64,000 nucleotides of DNA from a candidate division FCPU426 bacterium. Its GTDB lineage: Bacteria; Oederibacteriota; JAAXVQ01; JAUVAV01. The position numbers and the translations under genes were made by a program. A model generated the notes under the pieces. That model was not told the DNA's origin. It saw only the letters and a program-made list of their open reading frames with translations, and did no database searches. The stretch lies in contig JBFLYH010000002.1 of assembly GCA_040756875.1 (NCBI GenBank), forward strand, positions 927,078 through 991,077. The letters run 5' to 3'. Below are positions 28,260-37,468 of the stretch, piece after piece (within the stretch, counting starts at the first letter, position 1; each line of letters begins with the position of its first letter).

Positions 28260-29285
28260 ATGCCGCTGAACGAAGAACAGACCAAAGTCAATTTGAAGAA
28301 GGTCGCGATTCTGCTGACCCTGCTGGGCCGAGACGCCGCCCAGGAGATCATCCGCCATTTTTCGACGCAAGACATCGAGCGCATCGGCAAAGAGATGGCC
28401 AAAGGCAAGGAAATCAGCCGCGCCGAGCAGGAACAGGTGCTGCAGGATTTCCTGGCGGCGCTCAAGGACCGCAATTTTCCCCTCAAGAGCGGGATGGAAT
28501 ACGTGGAACAGGTGCTGGCGCCGGCCCTGGACCCGGACCGCGCCCAGCGTTTTCTGCGCAAGATCCACAGCCCTCGGCAAATCGCGCCTTTCGAGGAACT
28601 GCAGGAAGTGGAGCCCGAGCATCTGGTGGCCGCGGTGAAGGGCGAACATCCCCAGACCGTCGCCCTGGTGCTGGCCTCTTTACCCCGCGACCTCTCCGCC
28701 AAGGTGCTCAGGCAATTGCCGCAAGCGCTGCAGTCGGAGATCGTACGGCGGATCGCGCTGCTGGACCGCCAATCGCCGGATTTAAGCACCGTGCGGGAGA
28801 TCGAACAGCGCCTGTCGGCGCGCATCAAGCAGGAGATGGAAAAGCCCGAAATGATCCGGTTGGGAGGGGCCCAAACCACGGCGGACCTCTTCAACCTGCT
28901 GGAAAAAGACCTGGCCCATCAGTTGCTCGAAGGGCTGGAGGCCAAGCACGAGGACCTGGCCGCCCAGATCAAGGTCAAGATGGTGCGCTTCGACGATTTG
29001 ACCAAGCTGACCGACATGGAAATCCAGCGCCTGCTCAAGGAAGTCGAAACCCAGGACCTGGCGCTGGCGTGCGTGAAGCTCGACCCGCAGTTGTCGGACA
29101 TGATCTTCCGCAACATGTCCCACCGCGGCGCGGAAATGCTCAAGGACGACATCGAGGTCATGCAGAACGTCAAACCCGAATCTGTGCGGGCCTCGCGGCA
29201 AAAAATCGCCGATGTCATGAGGCGGCTGGACGAGGAAGGCACGATCATCCTCAACAAGCAGAACCTGGAGGACAACCTTGTCTAA
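28260..29285 (+). CDS. fliG: Motor switch protein FliG
   Basis: KVAILL..LG, EHPQTVALVL and NMS.RGAEMLKDD motifs. Confidence 0.95.
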   Translation: MPLNEEQTKVNLKKVAILLTLLGRDAAQEIIRHFSTQDIERIGKEMAKGKEISRAEQEQVLQDFLAALKDRNFPLKSGMEYVEQVLAPALDPDRAQRFLRKIHSPRQIAPFEELQEVEPEHLVAAVKGEHPQTVALVLASLPRDLSAKVLRQLPQALQSEIVRRIALLDRQSPDLSTVREIEQRLSARIKQEMEKPEMIRLGGAQTTADLFNLLEKDLAHQLLEGLEAKHEDLAAQIKVKMVRFDDLTKLTDMEIQRLLKEVETQDLALACVKLDPQLSDMIFRNMSHRGAEMLKDDIEVMQNVKPESVRASRQKIADVMRRLDEEGTIILNKQNLEDNLV

Positions 29286-31221
29286 GATTTTGAAAGCGCC
29301 CTCTGTCAGCGCCGAAGAGCGTCTGGTGCCGGTAGGTGGAGCCTGGCGGCTAGCGGGCCACGAAGCCGGGTCCGCCGCCCAGGCCGCGCCGGCCGAGGCC
29401 GTGGAAGCGGCGGCCAGCGCGCGCGCGCGGGAAAAGGAAGCTTTTGCGCGGGGGTTGCGCGCCGGACGCGAAGAAGCCCGGGCCGCCGCCTGCGCCGAGG
29501 ACGAGGCCGTCCGGGCGGTCCTGCAGCGGTTGGAGGACGAGCTGGCCGGATACTGCCGCCGGATCGAAATCAAGGCCGGCGATCTGGTGGCGGCCATGGT
29601 GCGGCGGATCGTGGGCGCCGCCGGCGGGCTTTCGCCCGAAGTCATCCAGCACAACCTGCGCAAGCTGCTGTCCAAGCCGCATGCGCCCGGCGAAATGCTC
29701 ACGGTGCGCCTGCATCCCGAAGACTACCGCCGCCTCGCCCCGCAGGGGGAGACGGCCCTTAAAAACCTCAAGCTGCAGCCCGATCCGGAAGTGGAGCGGG
29801 GCGGGTGCCTGATGGAGAGCCAGTTCGGCCTGCTTGACGCGCGGCTGGACACGCAACTGGAGGAGCTGGAGGGCGCTTTGCGCGCGCAGCTGGCGGCCGG
29901 ACATTCGCTGACCCAGGCCGCCGCCGGCGTGGAAGGAACGCCCGAAGTCCGGGCCGAAGGCCGGGTGACCAAAATCGTGGGCACGGTGATCGAATCCCAG
30001 GGCCCCAACGTGACCGTCGGCGAACAGTGCGACATCGCGCATCCTGCGGACGGCTCCCTGCACGCCGCGGAAGTCATCGGCTTCCGCGACGCCCAGGTGC
30101 TGCTGATGCCCTTGGGAGACGCCCGGGGGCTGGGGCCGGGACACCGGGTGATCGCCCGCGGGCGGCCGTTTACGCTGCAGGTCGGCCCCAAACTGCTGGG
30201 CCGCGTGATCAATGCCATGGGGCAGGCCATCGACGGGCGGGGCGCCCTGGAAGGCAGCGAGGCGGTCAGCCTGCACGCCCAGCCCAACAACCCCATGCAG
30301 CGCCTGCCCGTGTCCGCGCCGCTGTATACCGGCATCCGCGCCATCGACGGATTGCTGACCTGCGCCAAAGGCGGGCGCATGGGCATTTTCGCCGGCAGCG
30401 GGTTGGGAAAAAGCGTGCTGCTGGGCATGATGGCCCGCCGGACCCAGGCGGACGTCAATGTGATCGCCCTGATCGGCGAACGCGGCCGGGAGGTGCGCGA
30501 ATTCGTGGAGCGCGATCTGGGCGAGGAAGGCCTGCCCCGGTCCGTGGTGGTGGCGGTGACGTCGGATGAGTCGCCGGTGCTGCGGATCCGGGGAGCGCAG
30601 CTGGCCGCAAGCCTGGCCGAATATTTCGCGCGCCAGGGCCGCGACGTGCAATTCATGATGGATTCGGTCACGCGTTTCGCCATGGCGCAGCGCGAGGTGG
30701 GCCTGGCGGCCGGCGAGCCGCCCACGACCAAGGGGTATCCGCCTTCGACGTTCGCCGCGCTGCCCAAGCTGCTGGAACGGTCCGGGAATTTCGCGGACCA
30801 GGGCACCATTACGGGTTTTTACACGGTGCTGGTCGAAGGCGACGATCACGACGAACCCGTGGCCGACCACGTGCGCAGCATCCTGGACGGCCACATCATC
30901 CTTTCGCGGGCGTTGGCAAGCCAAAACCATTTTCCGGCCATCGACGTGCTGCGCAGCATCAGCCGGCTGAGCAAGCAGGTATGCAGCCCCGAGCAGATGG
31001 CCTGGGCCGGGCGGGTGCGCGACCTGCTTGCCACCTATTACGAAGCCCAGGATTTGATCAACATCGGGGCTTATGTAGCCGGCAGCAATCCCCAGATCGA
31101 CTTGGCCTTGCGTGCGATTGGCGACCTCAAGCGGTTTTTACGCCAGGGACTGGAAGAGAGCGTGCAGCCCGAAGCCATGTGGGGCACGTTGGAAGACATT
31201 CTCAACCGCCTCGGCGGTTGA
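29278..31221 (+). CDS. fliI: Fused FliH-FliI export ATPase (single 647-aa ORF)
   Basis: N-terminal ~200 aa FliH-like (GxxxG/AxxxA helix, VRLHPED, ERGGCLMES..G.LDARL), continuous with FliI (Walker A FAGSGLGKS, LIGERGREV, MDSVTRFA, GEPPTTKGYPP). Confidence 0.9.
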   Translation: MSKILKAPSVSAEERLVPVGGAWRLAGHEAGSAAQAAPAEAVEAAASARAREKEAFARGLRAGREEARAAACAEDEAVRAVLQRLEDELAGYCRRIEIKAGDLVAAMVRRIVGAAGGLSPEVIQHNLRKLLSKPHAPGEMLTVRLHPEDYRRLAPQGETALKNLKLQPDPEVERGGCLMESQFGLLDARLDTQLEELEGALRAQLAAGHSLTQAAAGVEGTPEVRAEGRVTKIVGTVIESQGPNVTVGEQCDIAHPADGSLHAAEVIGFRDAQVLLMPLGDARGLGPGHRVIARGRPFTLQVGPKLLGRVINAMGQAIDGRGALEGSEAVSLHAQPNNPMQRLPVSAPLYTGIRAIDGLLTCAKGGRMGIFAGSGLGKSVLLGMMARRTQADVNVIALIGERGREVREFVERDLGEEGLPRSVVVAVTSDESPVLRIRGAQLAASLAEYFARQGRDVQFMMDSVTRFAMAQREVGLAAGEPPTTKGYPPSTFAALPKLLERSGNFADQGTITGFYTVLVEGDDHDEPVADHVRSILDGHIILSRALASQNHFPAIDVLRSISRLSKQVCSPEQMAWAGRVRDLLATYYEAQDLINIGAYVAGSNPQIDLALRAIGDLKRFLRQGLEESVQPEAMWGTLEDILNRLGG

Positions 31222-31238
31222 TTCCCGGGGGGGACAAC

Positions 31239-31688
31239 ATGCATCAGTTCCATTTTGGCCTTGAAACCCTGTTGCGCATCCGCCGGCGCCAGCTGGAGCA
31301 GGCGCAGGAGGAATTTGTCCGGCAGCAACAGGCCGTGATCCGGTGCGAAAGCGAACTTGAGCGGCAACACGCGGACCAGGCGCATCTGGAGGAGGAAGTG
31401 CGCGCCAGCGAAGGCCGGGAGGTGGAAGTGGCCCGCGCCCGCAATTACCGTGAGTACGGGCGCAGGCTTGCGGCCCGTCTGCTCGAAACACAGGAGCGGC
31501 TGTCCGCCGCGAAAGCGGAATTGGAAAAGCGCCGCCTACAGTGGATGGAAGCCCAGCAGACGGTCAAAACCCTGGAAGCGCTGCGCGAACGGCGCTACAC
31601 GGAATATCTCAAGGAAGCCCGCCGCGAAGAGCAAAACTGGCTGGATGAAGTGGCGCTGGCGTTCCGCAAAGCATTGCCCAAACACTGA
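31239..31688 (+). CDS. fliJ: Export protein FliJ
   Basis: MHQFHFGLETLL.IR start, coiled coil, EEQ..LDE end; follows fliI. Confidence 0.88.
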   Translation: MHQFHFGLETLLRIRRRQLEQAQEEFVRQQQAVIRCESELERQHADQAHLEEEVRASEGREVEVARARNYREYGRRLAARLLETQERLSAAKAELEKRRLQWMEAQQTVKTLEALRERRYTEYLKEARREEQNWLDEVALAFRKALPKH

Positions 31689-31730
31689 CGAACCGACCGG
31701 CCGCGACCAGGCCGTAAAAAGGAGCTGCAG

Positions 31731-33095
31731 ATGGAAACCATGCCTTTGACGTCCTCCCTGCCCGCCACAGCGGGCGAAGCCCAATGGTTGGCCGGCCTGC
31801 TGTCCGAGGCTCAATCCGAAGCCACGGACGATCCGGGAGATCCCGAATTCGCGGCCGCGCTGCTGGCCAGCCTGCCCGCCGCCCTGCCCCAGGCCGGCGA
31901 GACGTTGCCGGCTTCGATATGGGCCGACATGCCGGCTGAAGCGGATTTGGCCCGTTTATTGGGGAACGAAGCGCTTGTGCCCGAAGGCGCCGCCAAAGAA
32001 ACCCCTGCGCCTGCCGTGGGGCTGCAACCCGTCCTGCCGCCTGATCAGATGATTTGGCTGCCTACAACGGAATCCGCTGCCGTTGACGCCGCCGCCGGGG
32101 CATCTAGCGGGAACGAATCCGCAGTCGAAGCACCTGCAATTGCGGTCATGGCGGAGGTTGAATCCATAGCCAACGGCATGGCGGCGGACACCGCGGAGCA
32201 GGCGGTGGCGGATTCGACCCCGCGCCGCGTGCGGCCGGGATTGCGCATTTATGCGGATGCGTTTCCGCCGGGCTGGGAAACGCTGCTTGAGGAAAATCCG
32301 CCGGCCAAACCGGCCGCCCAGAATCCGGTAATGCCGGAGGTGCAGTCGGCGCGGGAATCCGGGGGCGCGGCCGTCGAAGCGGCGGAACCGCCTGCGCCCG
32401 CGCGCGAATCTTTCAAAACGTACGCCAGCCCGAAGGCCGAAGAGGGGAAGAACTTTGAACGCATGCCTGCGGCTGCGGCCGGCGCAGACGCGGAATCCAA
32501 AACGCGGGCCGAAAACGGACAAACCCGCGCTATCACGCCTTCGGATCCCGAACCGGCCCCCAATGACGATGCCATGGAAGTGAACACGGCCTGGAAAACC
32601 GAAGTCACAGTTTCAGGGCGGGCGGCAGGCCGGGAAGCGGCGGCTTCGCCGGTCCAGACATTGTCCCGCCTGAGCGAATTGGAGAAACAGCTGTCGATTC
32701 GGGAATTCACCACCCAGACGGCGGCCGGTATCCGCCGGGGAGAGGAACGCATCAGCGTGGATCTGCATCCGCCGGAACTCGGAAGGGTGCGGGTGGTGGT
32801 GGAAAGCCGCGGCGAACAGGTGCACGCCCAATTGACTTTGCAGGATGCGGGTGTGGGTGAATTTTTCCAGGACCGCCTGGAAGGGATCAGGCGGCAGTTG
32901 TCCGAGGCCGGCATCAAGCTCGGACAGTTGACCGTGGAAGTCAGGCAGCAATTTGCCAGCGGCACGCAAAACGGATCGGGAAGCCGGGAGCAAGACTACT
33001 CCGCGGCCGAGGAAAGAGTCCCGGCCCCTGCGGCCCGGACAGCGGCCCGCCCGGCGCGGCTGGCGCCCGGCCAGAAAGTGAACATGCTGATGTGA
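31731..33095 (+). CDS. fliK: Hook-length control protein FliK
   Basis: Low-complexity Ala/Pro/Glu body; C-terminal LHPPELGRV domain. Confidence 0.88.
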   Translation: METMPLTSSLPATAGEAQWLAGLLSEAQSEATDDPGDPEFAAALLASLPAALPQAGETLPASIWADMPAEADLARLLGNEALVPEGAAKETPAPAVGLQPVLPPDQMIWLPTTESAAVDAAAGASSGNESAVEAPAIAVMAEVESIANGMAADTAEQAVADSTPRRVRPGLRIYADAFPPGWETLLEENPPAKPAAQNPVMPEVQSARESGGAAVEAAEPPAPARESFKTYASPKAEEGKNFERMPAAAAGADAESKTRAENGQTRAITPSDPEPAPNDDAMEVNTAWKTEVTVSGRAAGREAAASPVQTLSRLSELEKQLSIREFTTQTAAGIRRGEERISVDLHPPELGRVRVVVESRGEQVHAQLTLQDAGVGEFFQDRLEGIRRQLSEAGIKLGQLTVEVRQQFASGTQNGSGSREQDYSAAEERVPAPAARTAARPARLAPGQKVNMLM

Positions 33096-33167
33096 CGCCG
33101 GAACCAGCGTCCTGGCTGGGTTAAGGCCGGATCAACGAGGACGATACTCAAAATGGAGGATACCGAC

Positions 33168-33527
33168 ATGAGTGTAGATGCCATAGGTTCGTTGGGAAAA
33201 ACCGATTTTCTGAATCTGCTGGCCACGCAACTGCGCTACCAGGATCCGTTGAACCCGCTGGAAAGCAACGAATTCATCTCCCAGTTGGCGCAATTCTCTG
33301 CCCTGGAGACCGCGGACAACACCCGGACCGCGGTGGAGCAGATGTCCAAGCAGGAGAGCCGGCAATTTGCGACCCAGTTGTTGGGAAAAAACGTGGCCGG
33401 CGTGGCGAGCGAAACGCAGACGTTTTTCAGCGGAACCGTGACCGGCGTGGCGCTGACCGGCGACGAGCCGGTGGTTTACGTGGACGGAGTGGCTGTCAAA
33501 CTGACGGATATTCTCACCATCGCCTAG
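33168..33527 (+). CDS. flgD: Hook capping protein FlgD (short form)
   Basis: [17 protein letters not shown]...SQLAQFS.LE; GGAGGA RBS. Confidence 0.94.
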   Translation: MSVDAIGSLGKTDFLNLLATQLRYQDPLNPLESNEFISQLAQFSALETADNTRTAVEQMSKQESRQFATQLLGKNVAGVASETQTFFSGTVTGVALTGDEPVVYVDGVAVKLTDILTIA

Positions 33528-33547
33528 GGGCGAGAAGGAGCGGTACC

Positions 33548-34771
33548 ATGTTACGTTCTCTCTTTACGGGCATTTCGGGATTGATCAACCATCAGACGCG
33601 CATGGACGTGGTGGGCAACAACATCGCCAACGTCAACACCACGGGGTACAAGAGCAGCCGTGTCACGTTCGGGGACATGATGTCCCAGACCCTTTCGGGC
33701 GCCAGCCCGGCCCAGGGCGGACGGGGAGGCACCAACCCCAAGCAGGTCGGCCTGGGCGTGAACCTGGCCACCATCGACAGCGTCCACATCCAGGGCGCCT
33801 TGCAAAGCACCGGGGTCATGACTGACATGTCGATCCAGGGCGACGGCTTCTTCATCCTCGGCGACGGCACGACCAACCGGTACACCCGCGACGGCAGCTT
33901 CGGCTTGGACGAAGTGGGATTTCTGGTGGAACCGGCCAACGGCCTGAAAGTGCAGGGCTGGACCGCGGTGAACGGCGTGCTGGACACCTCGCAGCCCATC
34001 GGCGACCTGCAGATTCCGGTGGCCGCGGAAATGACCGCCCTGGCCACAGCCAATGCGCAACTAGCCGGCAACCTGGACGCCGGCGCCGCGGTGGGCGATA
34101 CCTACAGCAACACGTTCATCGTCTATGACTCGCTGGGAGCCAGCCACAGCGTGAACATCACGTATACGAAGACAGCGGTGAACACCTGGGATTGGGTAGC
34201 ATCGGGCACGGGCATCGTGGTCGGTCCGGGCGTCAACCAGGGTCAGCTGACCTTCAACCCGGACGGGTCCCTGAATACCCAGAGCGGAAACCTGTCCATC
34301 GTCACGACCAACGGCTCCACCACGCCCCTGGCCATTGCGCCGAGTTTTGCGGACGTCACCCAGTTGAGCGACGTCAACACGGTCAACCTGTTCGGGCAGG
34401 ACGGCTACGCGCCCGGAACGCTGGTTTCCTTCAACATCAGCAACAGCGGCATCATCACCGGCGTGTTCGACAACGGCATCAACCAAACCCTGGGCCAGGT
34501 GGCCCTGGCGCGCTTCACCAACAACAGCGGTCTGGTGAAGGAAGGGGAGAACCTGTGGACGGAATCCGTCAACAGCGGCGTGGCCCAGGTCGGCACCGCC
34601 AACTCCGGGGCCCGAGGCGGCGTGGCGGCCGGCTCTCTGGAAATGTCCAATGTCAGCCTGGCGCAGGAATTCAGCGACATGATCATCACGCAGCGCGGGT
34701 TCCAGGCCAATTCCAGGATCATCACCACGTCGGACGAGATTTTACAGGAGTTGATCAATCTGAAGAGATGA
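33548..34771 (+). CDS. flgE: Flagellar hook protein FlgE
   Basis: GNNIANVNTTGYK, YTRDGSF and LEMSNV.LAQEF..MIITQRGFQAN motifs. Confidence 0.97.
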   Translation: MLRSLFTGISGLINHQTRMDVVGNNIANVNTTGYKSSRVTFGDMMSQTLSGASPAQGGRGGTNPKQVGLGVNLATIDSVHIQGALQSTGVMTDMSIQGDGFFILGDGTTNRYTRDGSFGLDEVGFLVEPANGLKVQGWTAVNGVLDTSQPIGDLQIPVAAEMTALATANAQLAGNLDAGAAVGDTYSNTFIVYDSLGASHSVNITYTKTAVNTWDWVASGTGIVVGPGVNQGQLTFNPDGSLNTQSGNLSIVTTNGSTTPLAIAPSFADVTQLSDVNTVNLFGQDGYAPGTLVSFNISNSGIITGVFDNGINQTLGQVALARFTNNSGLVKEGENLWTESVNSGVAQVGTANSGARGGVAAGSLEMSNVSLAQEFSDMIITQRGFQANSRIITTSDEILQELINLKR

Positions 34772-34804
34772 TCAGGCGCCACGGGGTTAATCCGGTGATT
34801 CGCA

Positions 34805-34836
34805 GCGCAGGGAACAGGTCCGCTTGTTCCCTGCGC
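34805..34836 (+). other. Strong hairpin after flgE (mRNA stabiliser or weak terminator)
   Basis: GCGCAGGGAACAGG-TCCG-CTTGTTCCCTGCGC with no U-tract. Confidence 0.55.
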
Positions 34837-34888
34837 GCGATATGCAGGTGATGAATCCTGCGGCTATGAAAAAGGCAGGTGCGCATCC

Positions 34889-35113
34889 ATGATCGAGCTG
34901 ACCAAGTTGAACGGCGACCGGTTTTACCTGAACGAAAACTGGATCGAAACCGTGGAAGCCCTGCCGGATACCACCATCACGCTGCGCTCCGGCAACAAGG
35001 TGGTGGTGCTGGAGAAGATGGACGATGTTTTCGAAAAGATGCTCGACTGGCAGGTTATTCGCGACAAAGTCGGCAAACGCAGCCCGTTGAATCCCGCTTC
35101 CCACCGGCGCTGA
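34889..35113 (+). CDS. flbD: FlbD/SwrD family flagellar protein
   Basis: MIELTKLNG..FYLN...IETVE..PDTTITL.SG; between flgE and motA. Confidence 0.93.
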   Translation: MIELTKLNGDRFYLNENWIETVEALPDTTITLRSGNKVVVLEKMDDVFEKMLDWQVIRDKVGKRSPLNPASHRR

Positions 35114-35171
35114 ACGTCCCGCAACCAACCGCTTCCCACCGGCGCCCGGGAAAGAAAGTAGCATCAGGCGT

Positions 35172-35960
35172 ATGGATCTGGCAACTGTCGGCGGACTCAT
35201 CCTGGCATGGGGATCAGTCATTTCGCTGATCTATATCGAGGGCGGCAACCTGGCCAGCTTGTGGAATTTCGGCGCCATGGTGCTGGTCGTGGGCGGCACC
35301 ATCGGCGCTACGGTCATCGGCTCCAAAATGGAGGACATCCTTAACCTGCCCAGCGTCATTCTCAAGGCGGTTTTGACCAAAACCGTGGAAGTGGGAAAAA
35401 CCATCGGCATGCTGGTCGATCTGTCGCGCACAGTGCGCAAGGAGGGGCTCCTTTCCCTGGAGCGGGCGAGCGAGAACATTCAGGACGCTTTTTTTAAGAA
35501 AGCCATACAGATCGTGGTGGACGGCTTGGACGCGGAACAAGTCCGCAACATCCTGGAAACCGATCTGGACCTGCTCGAGGAACGGCACAAACGCAGCCAG
35601 AAGATCTTCGCCACCTTGGGCGGGTTCGCCCCCACCTTGGGCATCATCGGCACCGTGCTGGGGCTGGTGCACATGCTGGCCAACATCTCTTCGCCCGACA
35701 CGATGGGACCAGCCATCGCCGCGGCGTTCATCGCCACGCTCTACGGCGTGAGCACGGCCAACCTGCTCTATTTGCCGATCGGCAACAAGCTCAAACGCGG
35801 CAGCGAGGAGGAGACGCTCGAACGCCGCATCATCCTGGAAGGCATCATCTCCATCCAGGCGGGCGACAACCCCCGGATCCTGGAGGAGAAGCTGTTGAGT
35901 TTCCTGCCGCCCAAACTGAGAGTTCAGGTGGCCAGCAAGCTCAAGGAGACCAAAAAATGA
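35172..35960 (+). CDS. motA: Stator protein MotA
   Basis: RKEGLLSLE, APTLGIIGTVLGL, A.IATLYG and GDNPR motifs. Confidence 0.96.
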   Translation: MDLATVGGLILAWGSVISLIYIEGGNLASLWNFGAMVLVVGGTIGATVIGSKMEDILNLPSVILKAVLTKTVEVGKTIGMLVDLSRTVRKEGLLSLERASENIQDAFFKKAIQIVVDGLDAEQVRNILETDLDLLEERHKRSQKIFATLGGFAPTLGIIGTVLGLVHMLANISSPDTMGPAIAAAFIATLYGVSTANLLYLPIGNKLKRGSEEETLERRIILEGIISIQAGDNPRILEEKLLSFLPPKLRVQVASKLKETKK

Positions 35961-36772
35961 GCGGGCGCAAGCACAAGGAAGAGGAAGAAAACCAGGAGCG
36001 CTGGCTTTTGACCTATGCGGACATGATCACGCTGCTGGTGGCCTTCTTCATGATGATGTATTCCATGTCCGTGCTCAACCTGGAAAAATTCAAGGCTGCG
36101 GCCATGGGCATCCGCTCCGGGTTCAACAGCCCGGCCATGGGGCTCAAGCACACGGGCGACTCGCTGCTGGAGAAAGGCGCCAGCACGCAGGTCCAGCCGA
36201 AGATCGAACTGCCCGTGGAGCCGCCGCCTTCCATGCGGACCGAAACCAGGCCGCCGCAACCGGCGCCTTCGGCGCGGCGGCAGGGCGTGCCGCCGCAGCC
36301 GACCCGCTCGGAGCGCGTGCAGCGCCTGGTCGCGGAGCTGAACCGCAGCCTGACCGGCGTGACCCGGGGCAGCGCGGCGCGGGTAACCGCGGAAAAATCG
36401 GGCGTAGCCATCGAATTGATGGGAGACCTGATCTTTTTTCCCACTGGCAGCGCCGAGCTCAGCGCGGAAGCCAGGAACATCCTTTTGGCTGTCAGCGGCG
36501 CCTTGCGGCCCCTGCCGAACGAGATTTCAGTGGAAGGCTATACAGGACATTTCGAAGCCGCGCCTTCAAACCCATTTACCAGCAGTTGGGAGTTGTCCGC
36601 GGCCCGCGCCGTGGCGGTGATTAAGTTCCTGACGGAAAAGACCAATATCAGTCCGGGCCGGATTTCCCTGACCGGTTACGGGCAATACCGCACGCGCCCC
36701 GTCGGCCCGGCGGCTGTTCCGCGGCCGAATATGCCTAATGATTTGGTGCGGATATTTATTTATCAGGATTGA
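35957..36772 (+). CDS. motB: Stator protein MotB
   Basis: ERWLLTYADMITLL (ion-binding Asp intact), F..GSA.L and WELSAARA; OmpA-like domain degenerate. Confidence 0.92.
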   Translation: MSGRKHKEEEENQERWLLTYADMITLLVAFFMMMYSMSVLNLEKFKAAAMGIRSGFNSPAMGLKHTGDSLLEKGASTQVQPKIELPVEPPPSMRTETRPPQPAPSARRQGVPPQPTRSERVQRLVAELNRSLTGVTRGSAARVTAEKSGVAIELMGDLIFFPTGSAELSAEARNILLAVSGALRPLPNEISVEGYTGHFEAAPSNPFTSSWELSAARAVAVIKFLTEKTNISPGRISLTGYGQYRTRPVGPAAVPRPNMPNDLVRIFIYQD

Positions 36773-36795
36773 TCCGTAATCCGGCAACCGGAGTC

Positions 36796-36823
36796 TAAAG
36801 TCGCATAAGTTAACAGCCGATAC
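36796..36823 (+). promoter_or_regulatory. Sigma28 promoter upstream of the repeat array
   Basis: TAAA-N16-GCCGATAC, the best match to the FliA/SigD consensus seen in the window. Confidence 0.75.
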
Positions 36824-36842
36824 TTGCTCAAGAAAAAGATGG

Positions 36843-37171
36843 CGGCTTGCGCCGCAAAAGATTCATCCCCTTCGCCATGCGCAACAGTTGGCAATGAAGC
36901 CAGGCGGAGGATGCCAGGCTCGGGGATGATATAAACAAGTTTTACGGCTTGCGCCGCAAAAGATACATCCCCTTCGCCATTGGCAATTGTTGGTTGTGAG
37001 TGCCGGCGAAAATTGACGGGCTCGGGGATGACATTCACAGGTTTTGCGGCTTGCGCCGCAAAAGATTCATCCCCTTCGCCATGCGCAACAGTTGGCAATG
37101 AAGCCAGGCGGAGGATGCCAGGCTCGGGGATGATATAAACAAGTTTTACGGCTTGCGCCGCAAAAGATTCA
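36843..37171. repeat. 102-bp tandem repeat, 3.2 units (A-B-A-partial)
   Basis: Units start at 36843, 36945, 37047 and 37149 (CGGCTTGCGCCGCAAAAGAT). Units 1 and 3 are identical; unit 2 is diverged mainly in its centre. Confidence 0.97.
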
Positions 37172-37182
37172 CCTCACGGGGT

Positions 37183-37216
37183 ACAGGGGCTTGGGAAACC
37201 AAGCCCCTGTTTTTTT
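37183..37216 (+). terminator. Rho-independent terminator
   Basis: ACAGGGGCTTGG-GAAA-CCAAGCCCCTGT-TTTTTT. Confidence 0.93.
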
Positions 37217-37238
37217 ACGCCTGTTTGGATGAACCGCC

Positions 37239-37277
37239 TGGAAGTATTTCCATACTTTGGGTTCATCCACTATGGAA
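37239..37277. promoter_or_regulatory. Candidate UAS for the sigma54 activator
   Basis: TGGAAGTATTTCCATA-N16-TATGGAA. Confidence 0.6.
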
Positions 37278-37405
37278 CCACCTACCTAGTTCTCTCCAGT
37301 CTGTGGAGCGGATGCCGCAGTCTGTCTGCAGGGAAAAAAAGCCTCAATAATTAAGCCGATATGAAATGCATTCCGCCCTTTATGGCGCCGGCTGGCCGCG
37401 AGGAT

Positions 37406-37421
37406 TGGCATGGGGTTTGCT
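37406..37421 (+). promoter_or_regulatory. Sigma54 promoter of the fliL operon
   Basis: TGGCAT-GGGGT-TTGCT. Confidence 0.85.
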
Positions 37422-37468
37422 TTCCATAGGTGAGGAGTTCACTACCTAATAGGCGGGCGAGGGAAACC

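Larger units (their letters stand above)
36830..37216 (+). ncRNA. Candidate sigma28-dependent repeat-structured non-coding RNA (~385 nt)
   Basis: Bounded by the sigma28 motif and a strong intrinsic terminator; no convincing + strand ORF. Confidence 0.55.

Noticed and set aside
36763-37098. Minus-strand ORF with 34-aa repeats
   Set aside because: A by-product of the 102-bp period; antisense to the promoter and terminator, non-ATG start and no recognisable domain.
36843-37171. CRISPR array
   Set aside because: The constant part is ~64 bp, variable segments 1 and 3 are identical and segment 2 is visibly homologous to them, and there are no cas genes in the window.
37335-37362. Extra sigma28 promoter before fliL (AAAA-N16-GCCGATAT); also TCAA-N16-GTCGAAAC at 22563
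   Set aside because: Only one box is convincing in each case; insufficient without TSS data.
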